Source of the DNA: Cyanidioschyzon merolae
Taxonomy: Eukaryota
Assembly (NCBI GenBank): GCA_000091205.1
Contig: AP006498.2
Direction: 5' to 3' (one strand)
Length of the DNA stretch: 64,000 nucleotides
The stretch's first letter is position 1; every line of letters starts with the position of its first letter. Below the pieces are notes generated by a model. The model saw only the letters and a program-made list of their open reading frames with translations, was not told where the DNA came from and made no database searches. Below are positions 12,161-21,761 of the stretch, one piece after another. The position numbers and the translations under genes were made by a program.

Positions 12161-12220
12161 CTCCGAGAGCCTCCGAGAGCCTCCGAAAGCCTCCGAGAGC
12201 CTCCGAAAGCCTCCGAGAGC
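12161..12220. repeat. 10-bp tandem repeat (ctccga[g/a]agc) x6 inside R1 copy 1, with only x2 in copy 2 at 19996..20015
   Basis: Direct reading of the sequence. The 40-bp length difference is the only indel between the two near-identical copies. Confidence 0.9.
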
Positions 12221-12664
12221 ATACCCCCAAGAGAGATATCGTGCTGTTGTCGAACCCTATTTCGTGGATGGCCACACAGAGTAGAGAATAACTCCTTCGG
12301 ACGGAATAGATCGTTCGGCGTTCGCAGTCCAGTCCGGAATCGGCACAAGCTCGCGAAGGAGTCCTCAAGGGAAGGCGTCGAGTTTTTTGGTCGCCAGTCC
12401 ATCAGAGCAGATTCCTACGCGCTCGGGTAGCCTCGAAACCAGAGAACTCTAAAAATTGAAGAATGCGTCATTTGAGCATATTACTCGTAAGGAAGGAGTA
12501 TGAGTGGCGTCTTCTGCGTATGAATTGGATGATGGTATCGGTTATTTTACGAACCCTTTTACGGGGACGTCGCGAATGACCGTGACTCTGGGGATGAAAC
12601 GCAGTCCAGCGGGAACGAGTCGAAGGGGTCATTCCGGAAAGACCACCGATGATCCTGGAGTTAT

Positions 12665-14935
12665 ATGAAAATCCCAAACCGATTGCTGCACTTTGCATGC
12701 CGAGGACGTGCAGCTAAAAGAATTTCGGGAGAATTGCAAGGCAGGAAGAGAGCGAAGAGTTCAGTGTTTCATTTGAATCTGGCTCGGCTGTTGTGCACTC
12801 GTCCAGAGGAGGCACCGAAATGCCTCGGAGAACGCTCGCACTGCACTCATCTTAAGGGACTCGTGGCAATGGACTTCAAAGACTTGGTTGCTCTCCGTTG
12901 TGAACTTTCTGTGCAGAGTCTGACAGAAGTTTCGGCTGCACTCCGCCGCGTGATTCTGAGCAAGTCCTACTACGAGTATCAGGTAACTAGAGCGCCCCTG
13001 CGGAGTTTCCTCAACAACGGACCGCTATGGATTTTCCAGACTCTGAGCGGTGCAGGCAGCCTATGGGTATCAAACTTTTACGACACTTGCCGGGATCTCA
13101 TCGCGTCGGGAACGAGACCGGCAACAGGCACTTCCAGTTCTGCGGCGGGCGGCGCGCCAGCGAGGGCCTCACCGACCAGGGCGAGCGATAAAACAGAAAA
13201 GAAAAAGGCTCGGAGGCTGCTGGAGCTATGTCAGGCCGCACAGCCACCGGGGCTTCGCTCTTTGTGTGAACTAGAAAGGGCCCGATGCCAGGCTGCTGTG
13301 CATGCTCTCGGCCGTCTCGAGCGAGCCTTAGCAGTGTATCTTGGAAGGGCCCAGGAGGAGCTTTCTCGTCTACGAAGTTTAGTCGAGAAAGATCCTCAAA
13401 ATAGTTCTGAGTTGCGGGCACTCTTTCTCTCTTGCGACGAATTGCATCACCGTACACTAACAGCGCTGGAAGCAACCGATGTGGATGCTATCGAGGAGGC
13501 TGTTTACGCCCACTTGTTGGTCGATTCTGACGTTCTGGCTGATCTGGATCGCTGGGCTTCTATAATGAAAGAGGATGCAGAACGATTCATTACGCTCCTG
13601 CGCGATGTTCCGCGTAGATGGAACGTCTATTTGACTCTGGAAGAGCTCAGTCGCATCATGCCTGCGGCAGGACGTCAGTCCGGAAAGCGCCGCGGTCTGG
13701 GCTTCATCGAGCGATTGCAAAGGGTTTCGCTCATTTACCCATCGCACTTTGCGAGAAACTGGATACGCTACCTGTGCGGTACCCTGACCATCTTCTGGTC
13801 CTGGACGAAAATCAGCGCACATCGCGAGCATGTGATGCATATCGCACTGAGCGTACGTCAGGTTGTGAGAGGCTTCTGGGACGAGCGCATTATTACCCCG
13901 CTCACCATGATCTACAGGGAAATCTTTCAATCGTCGTATCGAACATTCATGGATCCGAAGGCGGTTCAGGCTGAGAAAGAGACCTTGAAGCGCATGGTTG
14001 TGGATTTTACCCGGGAGGCCTATGCGCGCCTCCCGGACGACCAGCGACAGGAAGCTGAACTTCTGGCTGCAAATGGTGATCTCACACCGGTCATGAAAGT
14101 CTACGAACGCCAGATTCGCAGCCCTGTGGTGAATATGCTTGCTGGTGACGTGATCAGAGCATTACTCATACAAGTCCAGAAACTCAAAGTTGATGTCGAG
14201 CAGGAGATGGTCGCTGTAGACTCCTTGGTTCGTTCGAACGAGCTCAATCTCCAGATCGCTGCTGCCGTTCCAGGCGTTCTTGGATGTTGCCTAGCGGTCG
14301 CGCTCCTGTACCGCTGGTTCAGGCGTTGGTGGTCGAGTATTCGCCTCACTGAAGTAGATCGTTTCGGAGGTGGCGGATATCTCTGGGCCAACGCCTTCGC
14401 CGAGAAGCTTCCCACCCGTGAGCGGGCCCGCCTCTTGCTACGAGATATCGAACGCTATCTGGTGTTGACGCTTTCGCTACGCGGCCCTGAAGCAGCTTCT
14501 GCGAGGCTTCAAGAGACGCCTCTGCTCCAGAAAGCACAAGTGCTCAACGGGAGAGCGCCGGCTTCGTTGGCGTCCGCTTCTCCGGAACGTGTGCAACGAG
14601 TATCAGATCGAACGCTCGCGACGTTCTTCCCTGGCGGTCTCGCTCAGGGTGAAACTGGCGAGAACCTCAAAAGCAGTGAAAATAGTGTGATTTTTCTCTC
14701 GACGGCTTGCATTGCTGAGTACGAAGACAAAGGACGTATTCTTCTCACCCTGGACGAACTGGAGGCCATGGTAACGAGCCGCGCTGGAGAGTTTGGGATC
14801 AGCCGCGGCTCTCAGCTGGAGACTCGCCTACGTGAAGATCTTTTGGACCTGAGATCATTCGCTCTCGACGCTGAACAAAAACTGCTCACAATCCTTCGAA
14901 TGCGCTCTACATATCCCTTTTTATGGGATCGCTAG
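12665..14935 (+). CDS. NCA2-like (nuclear control of ATPase 2 family) membrane protein; the first 39 codons come from the R1 repeat, so the true start may be ATG 12869
   Basis: A 756-aa uninterrupted ORF. VRGFWDERIITPLTMIYREIF and VDSLVRSNELNLQIAAAVPGVLGCCLAVALLYRWF (a TM segment) recall conserved NCA2-domain blocks (gFW.nWv.eP...I..ti; ksNELnF...vaP). This is recalled from memory and not verified. ATG at 12665 lies inside the repeat; the same start in copy 2 gives only the 71-aa ORF 20460..20675. Confidence 0.4.
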   Translation: MKIPNRLLHFACRGRAAKRISGELQGRKRAKSSVFHLNLARLLCTRPEEAPKCLGERSHCTHLKGLVAMDFKDLVALRCELSVQSLTEVSAALRRVILSKSYYEYQVTRAPLRSFLNNGPLWIFQTLSGAGSLWVSNFYDTCRDLIASGTRPATGTSSSAAGGAPARASPTRASDKTEKKKARRLLELCQAAQPPGLRSLCELERARCQAAVHALGRLERALAVYLGRAQEELSRLRSLVEKDPQNSSELRALFLSCDELHHRTLTALEATDVDAIEEAVYAHLLVDSDVLADLDRWASIMKEDAERFITLLRDVPRRWNVYLTLEELSRIMPAAGRQSGKRRGLGFIERLQRVSLIYPSHFARNWIRYLCGTLTIFWSWTKISAHREHVMHIALSVRQVVRGFWDERIITPLTMIYREIFQSSYRTFMDPKAVQAEKETLKRMVVDFTREAYARLPDDQRQEAELLAANGDLTPVMKVYERQIRSPVVNMLAGDVIRALLIQVQKLKVDVEQEMVAVDSLVRSNELNLQIAAAVPGVLGCCLAVALLYRWFRRWWSSIRLTEVDRFGGGGYLWANAFAEKLPTRERARLLLRDIERYLVLTLSLRGPEAASARLQETPLLQKAQVLNGRAPASLASASPERVQRVSDRTLATFFPGGLAQGETGENLKSSENSVIFLSTACIAEYEDKGRILLTLDELEAMVTSRAGEFGISRGSQLETRLREDLLDLRSFALDAEQKLLTILRMRSTYPFLWDR

Positions 14936-16112
14936 CAGCTGTGCTACCGTATTGTTCCCTGCGATCCTGCACGTTATGCGCTCATCCAGTGCCCTGCGAC
15001 CGCTTGCCACTGAGTGCTTCTGTATGTTTTCACTCTGTACCTGCAATTCGTGCGCTCTGCCAAGCCTCTGTTATCGCTCGCCACTGAGTGCTCCTGTACG
15101 TTTTCACTTGGAGCCTGCATCTGATGCGCTCATCTCATCCATAGCGCATTGGTGAAAGACAAAGTCCTTTCTCAGAGGTATTTTTAAAAAGGCTCTTACG
15201 GATGAAAACTGTTCGTATGTGCACCGCAGTGGTGCCCATCGTTTTTTTTTTCGAGTCGGAAAGTGCTCTCGCTCTATCGCCTACCCCACCGGAACTAATA
15301 CTGCATACATCGTTGTCTCCAAAAGAAACGTTCCAGCGCTTGCCACGCAGTCTGTTGTACGTATTTCGTACAAGTGATGCATCGCGTCAACGATGGCACT
15401 CTGCCAGACTGCATTTCGTCGTTTCCAGGGCCTAGCACCCAGGGTCCGTTGAAGTGGGTCGCTGTTCGTCGCATGCAGCACGCAACCGGCATCGAAGAGA
15501 GTCACTGGAAACTACTCGAGGAGCAGTGCCTGCCTCTCGCTGCTAGATCCATTTACAGCTGTCGCAACTTGTTATGGCCATAATGTCCATGGAAACCGAA
15601 AAGCTACGGTAGGCAAGTAATATGTAACTGCATCGAATGCAGTGGTTGCAGCACCTCCATCGTAGCAGCAGTCAAACGATCATGGCGCTGCTCCTTTGGC
15701 GCATAACGCATAACGCGCGGGCGCATAGACTTGCATCTGTGTTGCCATCAATGCTCGTTTATTCCGTCGGGATTTCGAAGCGCCCACGATCGCAGTGGGA
15801 GGAGTACGAAACATGTGAAAGCACCAGATGCCGAATCAATCTCCCGTCCTCGAATTTGCACATGAAACCGTGGGATTCGTGCGTCTCCACAAGCCCTGGC
15901 TAATTTAAGATGCGCTTCTTGAGACATTTTTGATTGTGTGCCGTCTAACGCCAGCGTGGGCAACGTGAACGAGCCTCCAAGCTAGGACGCGACATTTTTG
16001 TCTTCTACACACATGCGAACATACATGGGAAAGGGTCTCGTACCGCTGGCGTACGCTCTAAAGATTGGGTCTCTCCCCATTGTAATCAACATGAGCCTTT
16101 GGGGGCTTCTCA

Positions 16113-17235
16113 GCGATTGTTTCCGCTTCCTCTCTCCTGTCCACGCCATTCGGTACACTAGTCGCTACAGTTCCGTTATCAGCTGTTGGAAGATGTGGAT
16201 GGCAGTGACAAAGACCCGATTTCGCTCCTTCTCGCTGTTGTCGACGAATGCAGTGCAGAGGCGGCAGTTACAACCTGCGCTTCTGTTGCTATTTTCAATT
16301 TTTTTGTTTACAGCCTCGGTTCGCCCTTCGCAGCAGTGGTACTTGACTGCCGTCACGTGTTCTCGTACGTCCATCTCACTTTTACCTCGAGCACCGCCTT
16401 GTGGTGCGTGACGGTTGCTTCATCACTCAGAACATGCCGTGGGCTGGTACGGAGGACTCCCCATAATGTCCTTCTCCGTTTCCGCACCTGGTCCCGTACC
16501 TAACGATTACGGACTCCTTCTGGGCGGTACAAACGGCGAGTGCTCTGTTCCCTGCACATGCGAGCGCATCCTGTTCCATTCGATAGTTGATGTTTAGAAA
16601 GAGACGTTGTCCATAATGAACCGAGTGAAGGAAAAATATTTCAGGCCGGAGATCAAGTCGGGATACTTAGATCCGTCTACGCCCTCGGCATGGGAAACGG
16701 TGACTCACGCTCCACTGGAAGCGATCGCTGGAATGCCTCGATTCCCAGTCCAGGAACTTTTCCATGGAAACAGAAAAGACGGGAATCGCTGGATCCGCAA
16801 TCGGTGAGAGGTTCATGCTGCTGCCGAATCCTGTATTTCGGATAGCCTGAAAGAGAGAAGGATTTACCTTTCGAACAGAGTCGATCATTAAATGTGACAA
16901 GTTAAGCGAAATTTCAGCATGAACTTCTTAACAAGGCCCTGATGGACGTTGTCGAGTTTTTCTCTCGCCAATCTAGCTATGCGAAGGGTTGCGACAACAA
17001 AGTTGCCTTCAAACAGCAATATGGAAAACTTGAGGAACGCATGATTTGAGCATGGAACACCTAGTGACTTGGGAAGATTGGAGGCTTGCGCGTGTGAACT
17101 GGATAATGATATCGTCTATTTTACGACCCGCCGTTCGAAGGCGTTGCGAATCATCTTAATTCGTGTGAAGTTACGAATTCCAGCAGCAAATAGTCGAAGA
17201 CGCCATTCCGAAGACACAACCGAGAATTCTAAAAT
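16113..17235 (-). mobile_element. R1 element copy 3 (diverged, about 1.1 kb), same orientation as copies 1 and 2
   Basis: Plus-to-plus DNA homology to copy 1 over 11441..12650, for example aaagacccgatttcgctcc versus aaagtcccgatttcgccgtc. The end module 16900..17225 aligns with 12340..12650. The minus ORF 16165..16374 carries KYHCCEGRTEAV...CNCRLC...RNRVFVTAIHIFQQL in a single frame, matching the copy-1 pieces RCCEGRIDAA / CLGMAC / RNRDFNAGINIRRAL. It starts with TTTCCGCTT. Confidence 0.6.
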
Positions 17236-17406
17236 CTACATATGAACCAGTAAGTCCTCACAGCTGTACTTTAAAATGTCGATGCTTAACGTCTAAAAAC
17301 AAGTGCGAATAAAAGTCGAAGTGCAGGAACATTGCGAGTAGTCCAGCGTTCCATTTTTAATCTGACGCAGTTGTGGAGGGACAATGAATCCCGGAGCGAC
17401 TTTGCC

Positions 17407-18436
17407 ATGCCAGAGCTGCCAGCAGTTGAGCGGGCTCGTCGTATGATCGATGCCTTATGTAAGAGCTATAGACGGATAAACGTTCAATCCGCACCCGATC
17501 CGAAACATGCCTCTGAGTTTGTGGACAAGCTTTTCGAAGGCAGGCTGGGGCTGGACCTGCTCGAGCGACGTGTCTGCGTAGGTCATGTGCTGCGGCAACT
17601 TGGCCGTCACGGCAAGAACCTGTGGTTTGAGTTCGACGAACCTCCCCACGTTTTCGTCCGCTTTCGAATGGCTGGCTCTTTCGTGGTTCGTGGTCACGAA
17701 GACGGCTACGTTTATGAGACTTTTCGCCGACGTACTGCCGCCTGTCGGTTCCACGACTCAGGAACGCCCCTCGTCTCAGTCTGGCCACCGAAGCATACAC
17801 ACATTGTTTTTAGTTTTGCTCCCTGCTCCCCAGGAGTAGATTCTGCCAGTATAAACGGTATCTCTGTCCGAGAGTTCGCGCTGGTCGACCCGCGAAAGGT
17901 TACGAGGATGCGCCTCAGCGACTCGTCGTGTCCTTCTGTCGAGATTCGAAGCCTCATAGGAGGCTTCGATGCGCTGCATGCGCTCCCTCCTATTGAGCGC
18001 TTCGAAAGGAAAATGTTAGTGTACCCGAAAGCGAATATCAAATCGTTGCTTTTGGGCCAGCGCTTCATCGCTGGGCTCGACAATTGGATGGTCGACGAAG
18101 TTCTTTATTACGCTCATATTCACCCGGAGAGTCGCACTTGTGACCTCACTCGTATCGATGTTGCAGCATTGCATCAGAGCATCGCATAAGTTGTGCGAAG
18201 CTCGTGTGATGCAAACGCAGACTTGGCCCTTTTCCCCTAAGACTGGCTCTTTCATATCCGGTGGCAAGGAGCAGCGAAAAGGAGACGCGGCCGCGACATG
18301 CATCAAGTCGTTATTACAGCAGACGGGAAAAGCAAATTTCATTCATGCTAGCGGACGTACAGCGGTATATGTACCCTCTCTGCAAAGAAAACGTGGCCAT
18401 GCCCGAAAGGTTTGCCACACAGACGCCGGCGCATAA
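17407..18436 (+). CDS. FPG: Fpg/Nei-family (formamidopyrimidine-DNA glycosylase, H2TH) base-excision repair enzyme, plant/fungal zincless-finger type; needs a short intron (about 18160..18220) or a +1 frameshift
   Basis: The N-terminus is MPELPAVERARRM (canonical Fpg MPELPEVE with catalytic Pro2; ATG at 17407). The H2TH block is DNWMVDEVLYYAHIHPE. ORF 1 stops at 18189, but the +1 frame (18221 onward) encodes TWPFSPKTG...ASGRTAVYVPSLQ, matching the Fpg C-terminal beta-hairpin (gGRsTffCPqCQ) with the Cys residues replaced. A candidate 61-nt intron is GTTGCA...AAACGCAG at 18160..18220; the exon phases fit. Confidence 0.75.
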
Positions 18437-18516
18437 CAGTTGAAAACGTTAAAGTGTCTTCTCTTGCTGACTCGGACGAGCTTGCGTATTTCAAGTGAAG
18501 GACTTTTCACGCTTTG

Positions 18517-19191
18517 ATGCCTCGCATAAAGCACGCTTCAACGAGCGACGGAAGGAGCAAGACGGTGACAACGCATGGCAAAGGAGGCTCTTCCACAGTG
18601 CGCTCGAGCAGAGCCTCCGCACGCGCCGGCACTGATGCACCTCGAAGCCTGGCCCGCACTGGGGGCGCGCAAGACCACAACTTGCGGCGTTGCAGCAGCG
18701 AATCAACAGAGGCTCTCTCTGATTCGGACACGAGCTGGAAGCGAAGCGACGCAGAGAGCGCGGACGAGACCAGTGGGGAGCACGACCGGTCAGCCACGCG
18801 GAAGCGTAAGCAAACCCAAGTTAGCGGAAGCGCAGTGAACGGCAAGAGAGCTGTTCGCGGAAATGGCGTAAGAGAGCTTGAACAGCCCACTGCAGCTGCC
18901 GCAACCGTGAAAACAGAGGCAGCTTCTCTGAAAAAAAAGCCCGCTGACAGTGCGAAAAAGTTGAAAGCATCGGAGGTCACCTTCGTTTTCGATGAACTTC
19001 GCAATGATCAACGTTTTATTACACCTCGCCAGCTCATGAGGGCAATCATGTGTCAAATGGGGCAACAAGAGGCTGAACAAATGACTGACAGCGACATCAC
19101 AGCGATGATTAGACTAGCCGACACCAACGGAGACAACAGAATCGACAGAGAGGAGTTTGAGAATTTTGTACAGAGAGAAATCCGTCTCTGA
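18517..19191 (+). CDS. small basic protein with a C-terminal EF-hand
   Basis: The C-terminus has an EF-hand loop DTNGDNRIDREEFENFV. The N-terminal half is basic and Ser/Ala-rich. ATG at 18517 (the ORF track starts at TTG 18514). Confidence 0.45.
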   Translation: MPRIKHASTSDGRSKTVTTHGKGGSSTVRSSRASARAGTDAPRSLARTGGAQDHNLRRCSSESTEALSDSDTSWKRSDAESADETSGEHDRSATRKRKQTQVSGSAVNGKRAVRGNGVRELEQPTAAAATVKTEAASLKKKPADSAKKLKASEVTFVFDELRNDQRFITPRQLMRAIMCQMGQQEAEQMTDSDITAMIRLADTNGDNRIDREEFENFVQREIRL

Positions 19192-19273
19192 ATATACCAC
19201 TAAACCTATGCTCCATAAGTATGAAACGAGTCCTATCTGGACAATTCTGGTTTGCATATTCAAGTTTCTGTCC

Positions 19274-20583
19274 CTTTCCGCAGTCATCAACACCAGCCTT
19301 GGCGGATTCTCTGTGACTGCTTCCATTAGATTTCTCGTAGCTACGACTTTAAATACGCCGGTCGATCACCTCCCTCAAGATCTGTCGTCAGAGCTCGACG
19401 GATATTGATGCCAGCATTAAAGTCCCGATTTCGCCGTCTCAGGCTGGTGCCAACGCATGCCATGCCCAGGCAAAAGTTGCGATCTTCGCTTTGTCTGCCA
19501 TCTCCATTTTCTCTCCAGAGCAGCATCGATACGCCCTTCGCAGCAGCGACTCTTGGTAATGGTCACGCTTTTCCTGTTTGTCCAATACGCTTCCTCCTCT
19601 GAGCGCCGCCCTGTGGCGCGTGAACGCTTGCCCCAACGCTCACAGCACATGCACGTGCTGGGTACAGAACCATCCCGCAAGTGCCGTCCTCCATCCACGC
19701 GCCCGGTACCGTACCCTGTGATCGACAGCTTATTCCGGGTAAGTCTGCGGCAGGTGCTCTGCCCGCTGAACACGAAAGCGCACGCCACTCTATTCGACAA
19801 AGGATTTGTGGATCGCGATGTTGTTCACGATGAAACAAGTTCCGGACGGGAAACCCGCAGCAGCCAGAAGACTGAGGAGCTTCGAACAATCCACGCTACA
19901 CTGGTGCAACGCGGTGACGCACTCTGCGCTGGGGGCGAGCGCTGACGTCAGTGCGAGTCCAAAACACTTCTCCGTGCAAGCAGAAGCGCTGGAGCCTCCG
20001 AGAGCCTCCGAGAGCATACCCCCAAGAGAGATATCGTGCTGTTGTCGAACCCTATTTCGTGGATGGCCACACAGAGTAGAGAATAACTCCTTCGGACGGA
20101 ATAGATCGTTCGGCGTTCGCAGTCCAGTCCGGAATCGGCACAAGCTCGCGAAGGAGTCCTCAAGGGAAGGCGTCGAGTTTTTTGGTCGCCAGTCCATCAG
20201 AGCAGATTCCTGCGCGCTCGGGTAGCCTCGAAACCAGAGAACTCTAAAAATTGAAGAATGCGTCATTTGAGCATATTACTCGTAAGGAAGGAGTATGAGT
20301 GGCGTCTTCTGCGTATGAATTGGATGATGGTATCGGTTATTTTACGAACCCTTTTACGGGGACGTCGCGAATGACCGTGACTCCGGGGATGAAACGCAGT
20401 CCAGCGGGAACGAGTCGAAGGGGTCATTCCGGAAAGACCACCGATGATCCTGGAGTTATATGAAAATCCCAAACCGATTGCTGCACTTTGCATGCCGAGG
20501 ACGTGCAGCTAAAAGAATTTCGGGAGAATTGCAAGGCAGGAAGAGAGCGAAGAGTTCAGTGTTTCGTTTCAGTCTGAAGGTTG
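19274..20583 (-). mobile_element. R1 element copy 2, near-identical to copy 1
   Basis: The six-frame ORFs are identical to those of copy 1 (for example the 61-aa MLLWRENGDGRQSEDRNFCLGMACVGTSLRRRNRDFNAGINIRRAL... and the 162-aa ORF). The only differences are the VNTR count and roughly 3 SNPs. It diverges from copy 1 immediately after ...agttcagtgtttc. Confidence 0.75.
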
Positions 20584-20804
20584 TAAAGTGCGATTGGTCA
20601 ACGATACTTGCACTGCCCATCAAGAGAGTTTTACGGATCATCGTTTCCCCACCGCTGCCAAAAATTTGCAACTAAGCATTGCGAGCTGGATCATGTTCTA
20701 CATCGTGTAAAATCGATCCGCACTTGTCCAACAGAGGCATTCGTCCGTGCCCCTGAACGAAAGCCTCGCCTGGAATTCTCAACGTGAAGGTTCTCCCGTC
20801 CGTG

Positions 20805-21650
20805 TTAAAACACGTTTGGAATGAAAGCCTTCACTCGCGCGGCATACTCTTCATACTCTTTGCCGAAGCGCTCAATAAGATATTTCTCCTCTTCAGTTGC
20901 TTTGCGAGTGAAGAAGTAAAACAGCGCTAACGTTAAAACTAAACGTTCCGGAGAATGCGAAACCGTTGAAAATCCAAAACTGGTCAGAACTATCCCAGTA
21001 TAGATCGGATGCCGCATGAGGCCGTACAAGCCGTCAGTTTTCAGAGCGGCGCTCGCCGGCGGCTTCACCCAAGGCACAAAATTCTCAGGACCGAGCTCTC
21101 GGATAGCCTGCACGACAACGTATATGCCCAGGAAAAGAGGCACAGGCCCCATAAGGAAACCGAAGACGGGATCAAGTGCTCCTGGATCGCGCAAAATCAG
21201 TAGTATGAGAGCAAGTTGTATAACAACGTAAGTCTCACCGCGATTGAACCATTCGCCGGCCACCGTGTTGTCTAAGACTCTTTTCCAGTATGCAGCTGAA
21301 TCACGAGAAAACTTTTCCACGTCGAAATTAGCTATTTTCTTCGAAATTGCTTCGGGTATTTTCTCGATGCTTTCCAATACCTTTTGCAGTTTCTCTCCCA
21401 GTTCAACAGTTACAGACTCGTTTGCTGGAGTCGCATCTACAATTTCAGGTGCGCTTTTACTCGCTTTAGGCGCTTCGTCGACCTTCCGCATCAGCAGCGT
21501 TGCTCGCTGTGCACGCGAACTTGGAGTACAAGCCAAACCAGTCCTCCCGGAGTGCCGGCGGCTCGTTGATCGCCCCCACAGTGGCGAGAGCGTTTCACGA
21601 CACAGTGCCGCTGGCACAAAGGCAAGCTCATCTCCCGCAAGAAAAGTCAT
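20805..21650 (-). CDS. phospholipid / isoprenylcysteine-carboxyl methyltransferase-family (PEMT/ICMT-like) membrane methyltransferase
   Basis: The C-terminus GLYGLMRHPIYTGIVLTSFGFSTVSHSPERLVLTLALFYFFTRKATEEEKYLIERFGKEYEEYAARV matches the PEMT/ICMT SAM-binding region (RHP.Y.G......G ... EE..L...FG..Y..Y). The ORF-track start at 21830 is TTG. Candidate ATGs are 21800 and 21650 (MTFLAGDELAFVPAAL, transit-peptide-like), so the start is uncertain. Confidence 0.6.
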   Translation of the reverse strand: MTFLAGDELAFVPAALCRETLSPLWGRSTSRRHSGRTGLACTPSSRAQRATLLMRKVDEAPKASKSAPEIVDATPANESVTVELGEKLQKVLESIEKIPEAISKKIANFDVEKFSRDSAAYWKRVLDNTVAGEWFNRGETYVVIQLALILLILRDPGALDPVFGFLMGPVPLFLGIYVVVQAIRELGPENFVPWVKPPASAALKTDGLYGLMRHPIYTGIVLTSFGFSTVSHSPERLVLTLALFYFFTRKATEEEKYLIERFGKEYEEYAARVKAFIPNVF

Positions 21651-21761
21651 TTGTGGCTGTACTCTGCGTCGCGAACGTTCTCTCTCGGGCTCTTTGTACA
21701 GGCGTGACACCCGCACGTTCTGTCGACGCCGCAAATACGCGCCATACATTGTCATACACTT

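Larger units (their letters stand above)
11439..12783 (-). mobile_element. R1 element copy 1 (about 1.35 kb): non-autonomous TnpB/Fanzor-like element, coding sense on the minus strand
   Basis: About 99.8% identical to copy 2 at 19274..20583 (offset 7835, a few SNPs plus a VNTR difference). It carries minus-strand frameshifted remnants and ends with the conserved noncoding module at 12440..12650. The low-coordinate terminus begins TTTCCGCAG, as in copies 2 and 3 and the long element at 43722. Confidence 0.7.

Noticed and set aside
12161-12220. CRISPR-like array suggested by the short direct repeats
   Set aside because: The units are 10 bp with no spacers, giving a pure microsatellite, and the context is eukaryotic.
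12500-12560. U5-snRNA-like loop (ccuuuuacgggg) inside the R1 end module
   Set aside because: Only a 7-nt partial match to the invariant loop. No Sm site or flanking stems, and the other copies do not conserve it.
16415-16597. Apparent plus-strand peptide similarity (SVPCTCER) to the minus-strand TnpB-like zinc-ribbon lead-in of copy 1
   Set aside because: The DNA homology between copy 3 and copy 1 is plus to plus, so the peptide similarity lies on the opposite coding strand and is coincidental. The real copy-3 remnant is the minus ORF 16165..16374.
11439-20583. LTR retrotransposon, with the two 1.3-kb direct repeats as LTRs
   Set aside because: The internal 6.5 kb encodes NCA2-like, Fpg and EF-hand host-type genes and a third diverged repeat copy, with no gag, pol, PBS or PPT. 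The repeats themselves carry TnpB-like remnants, and a third copy exists outside any LTR-like pairing.
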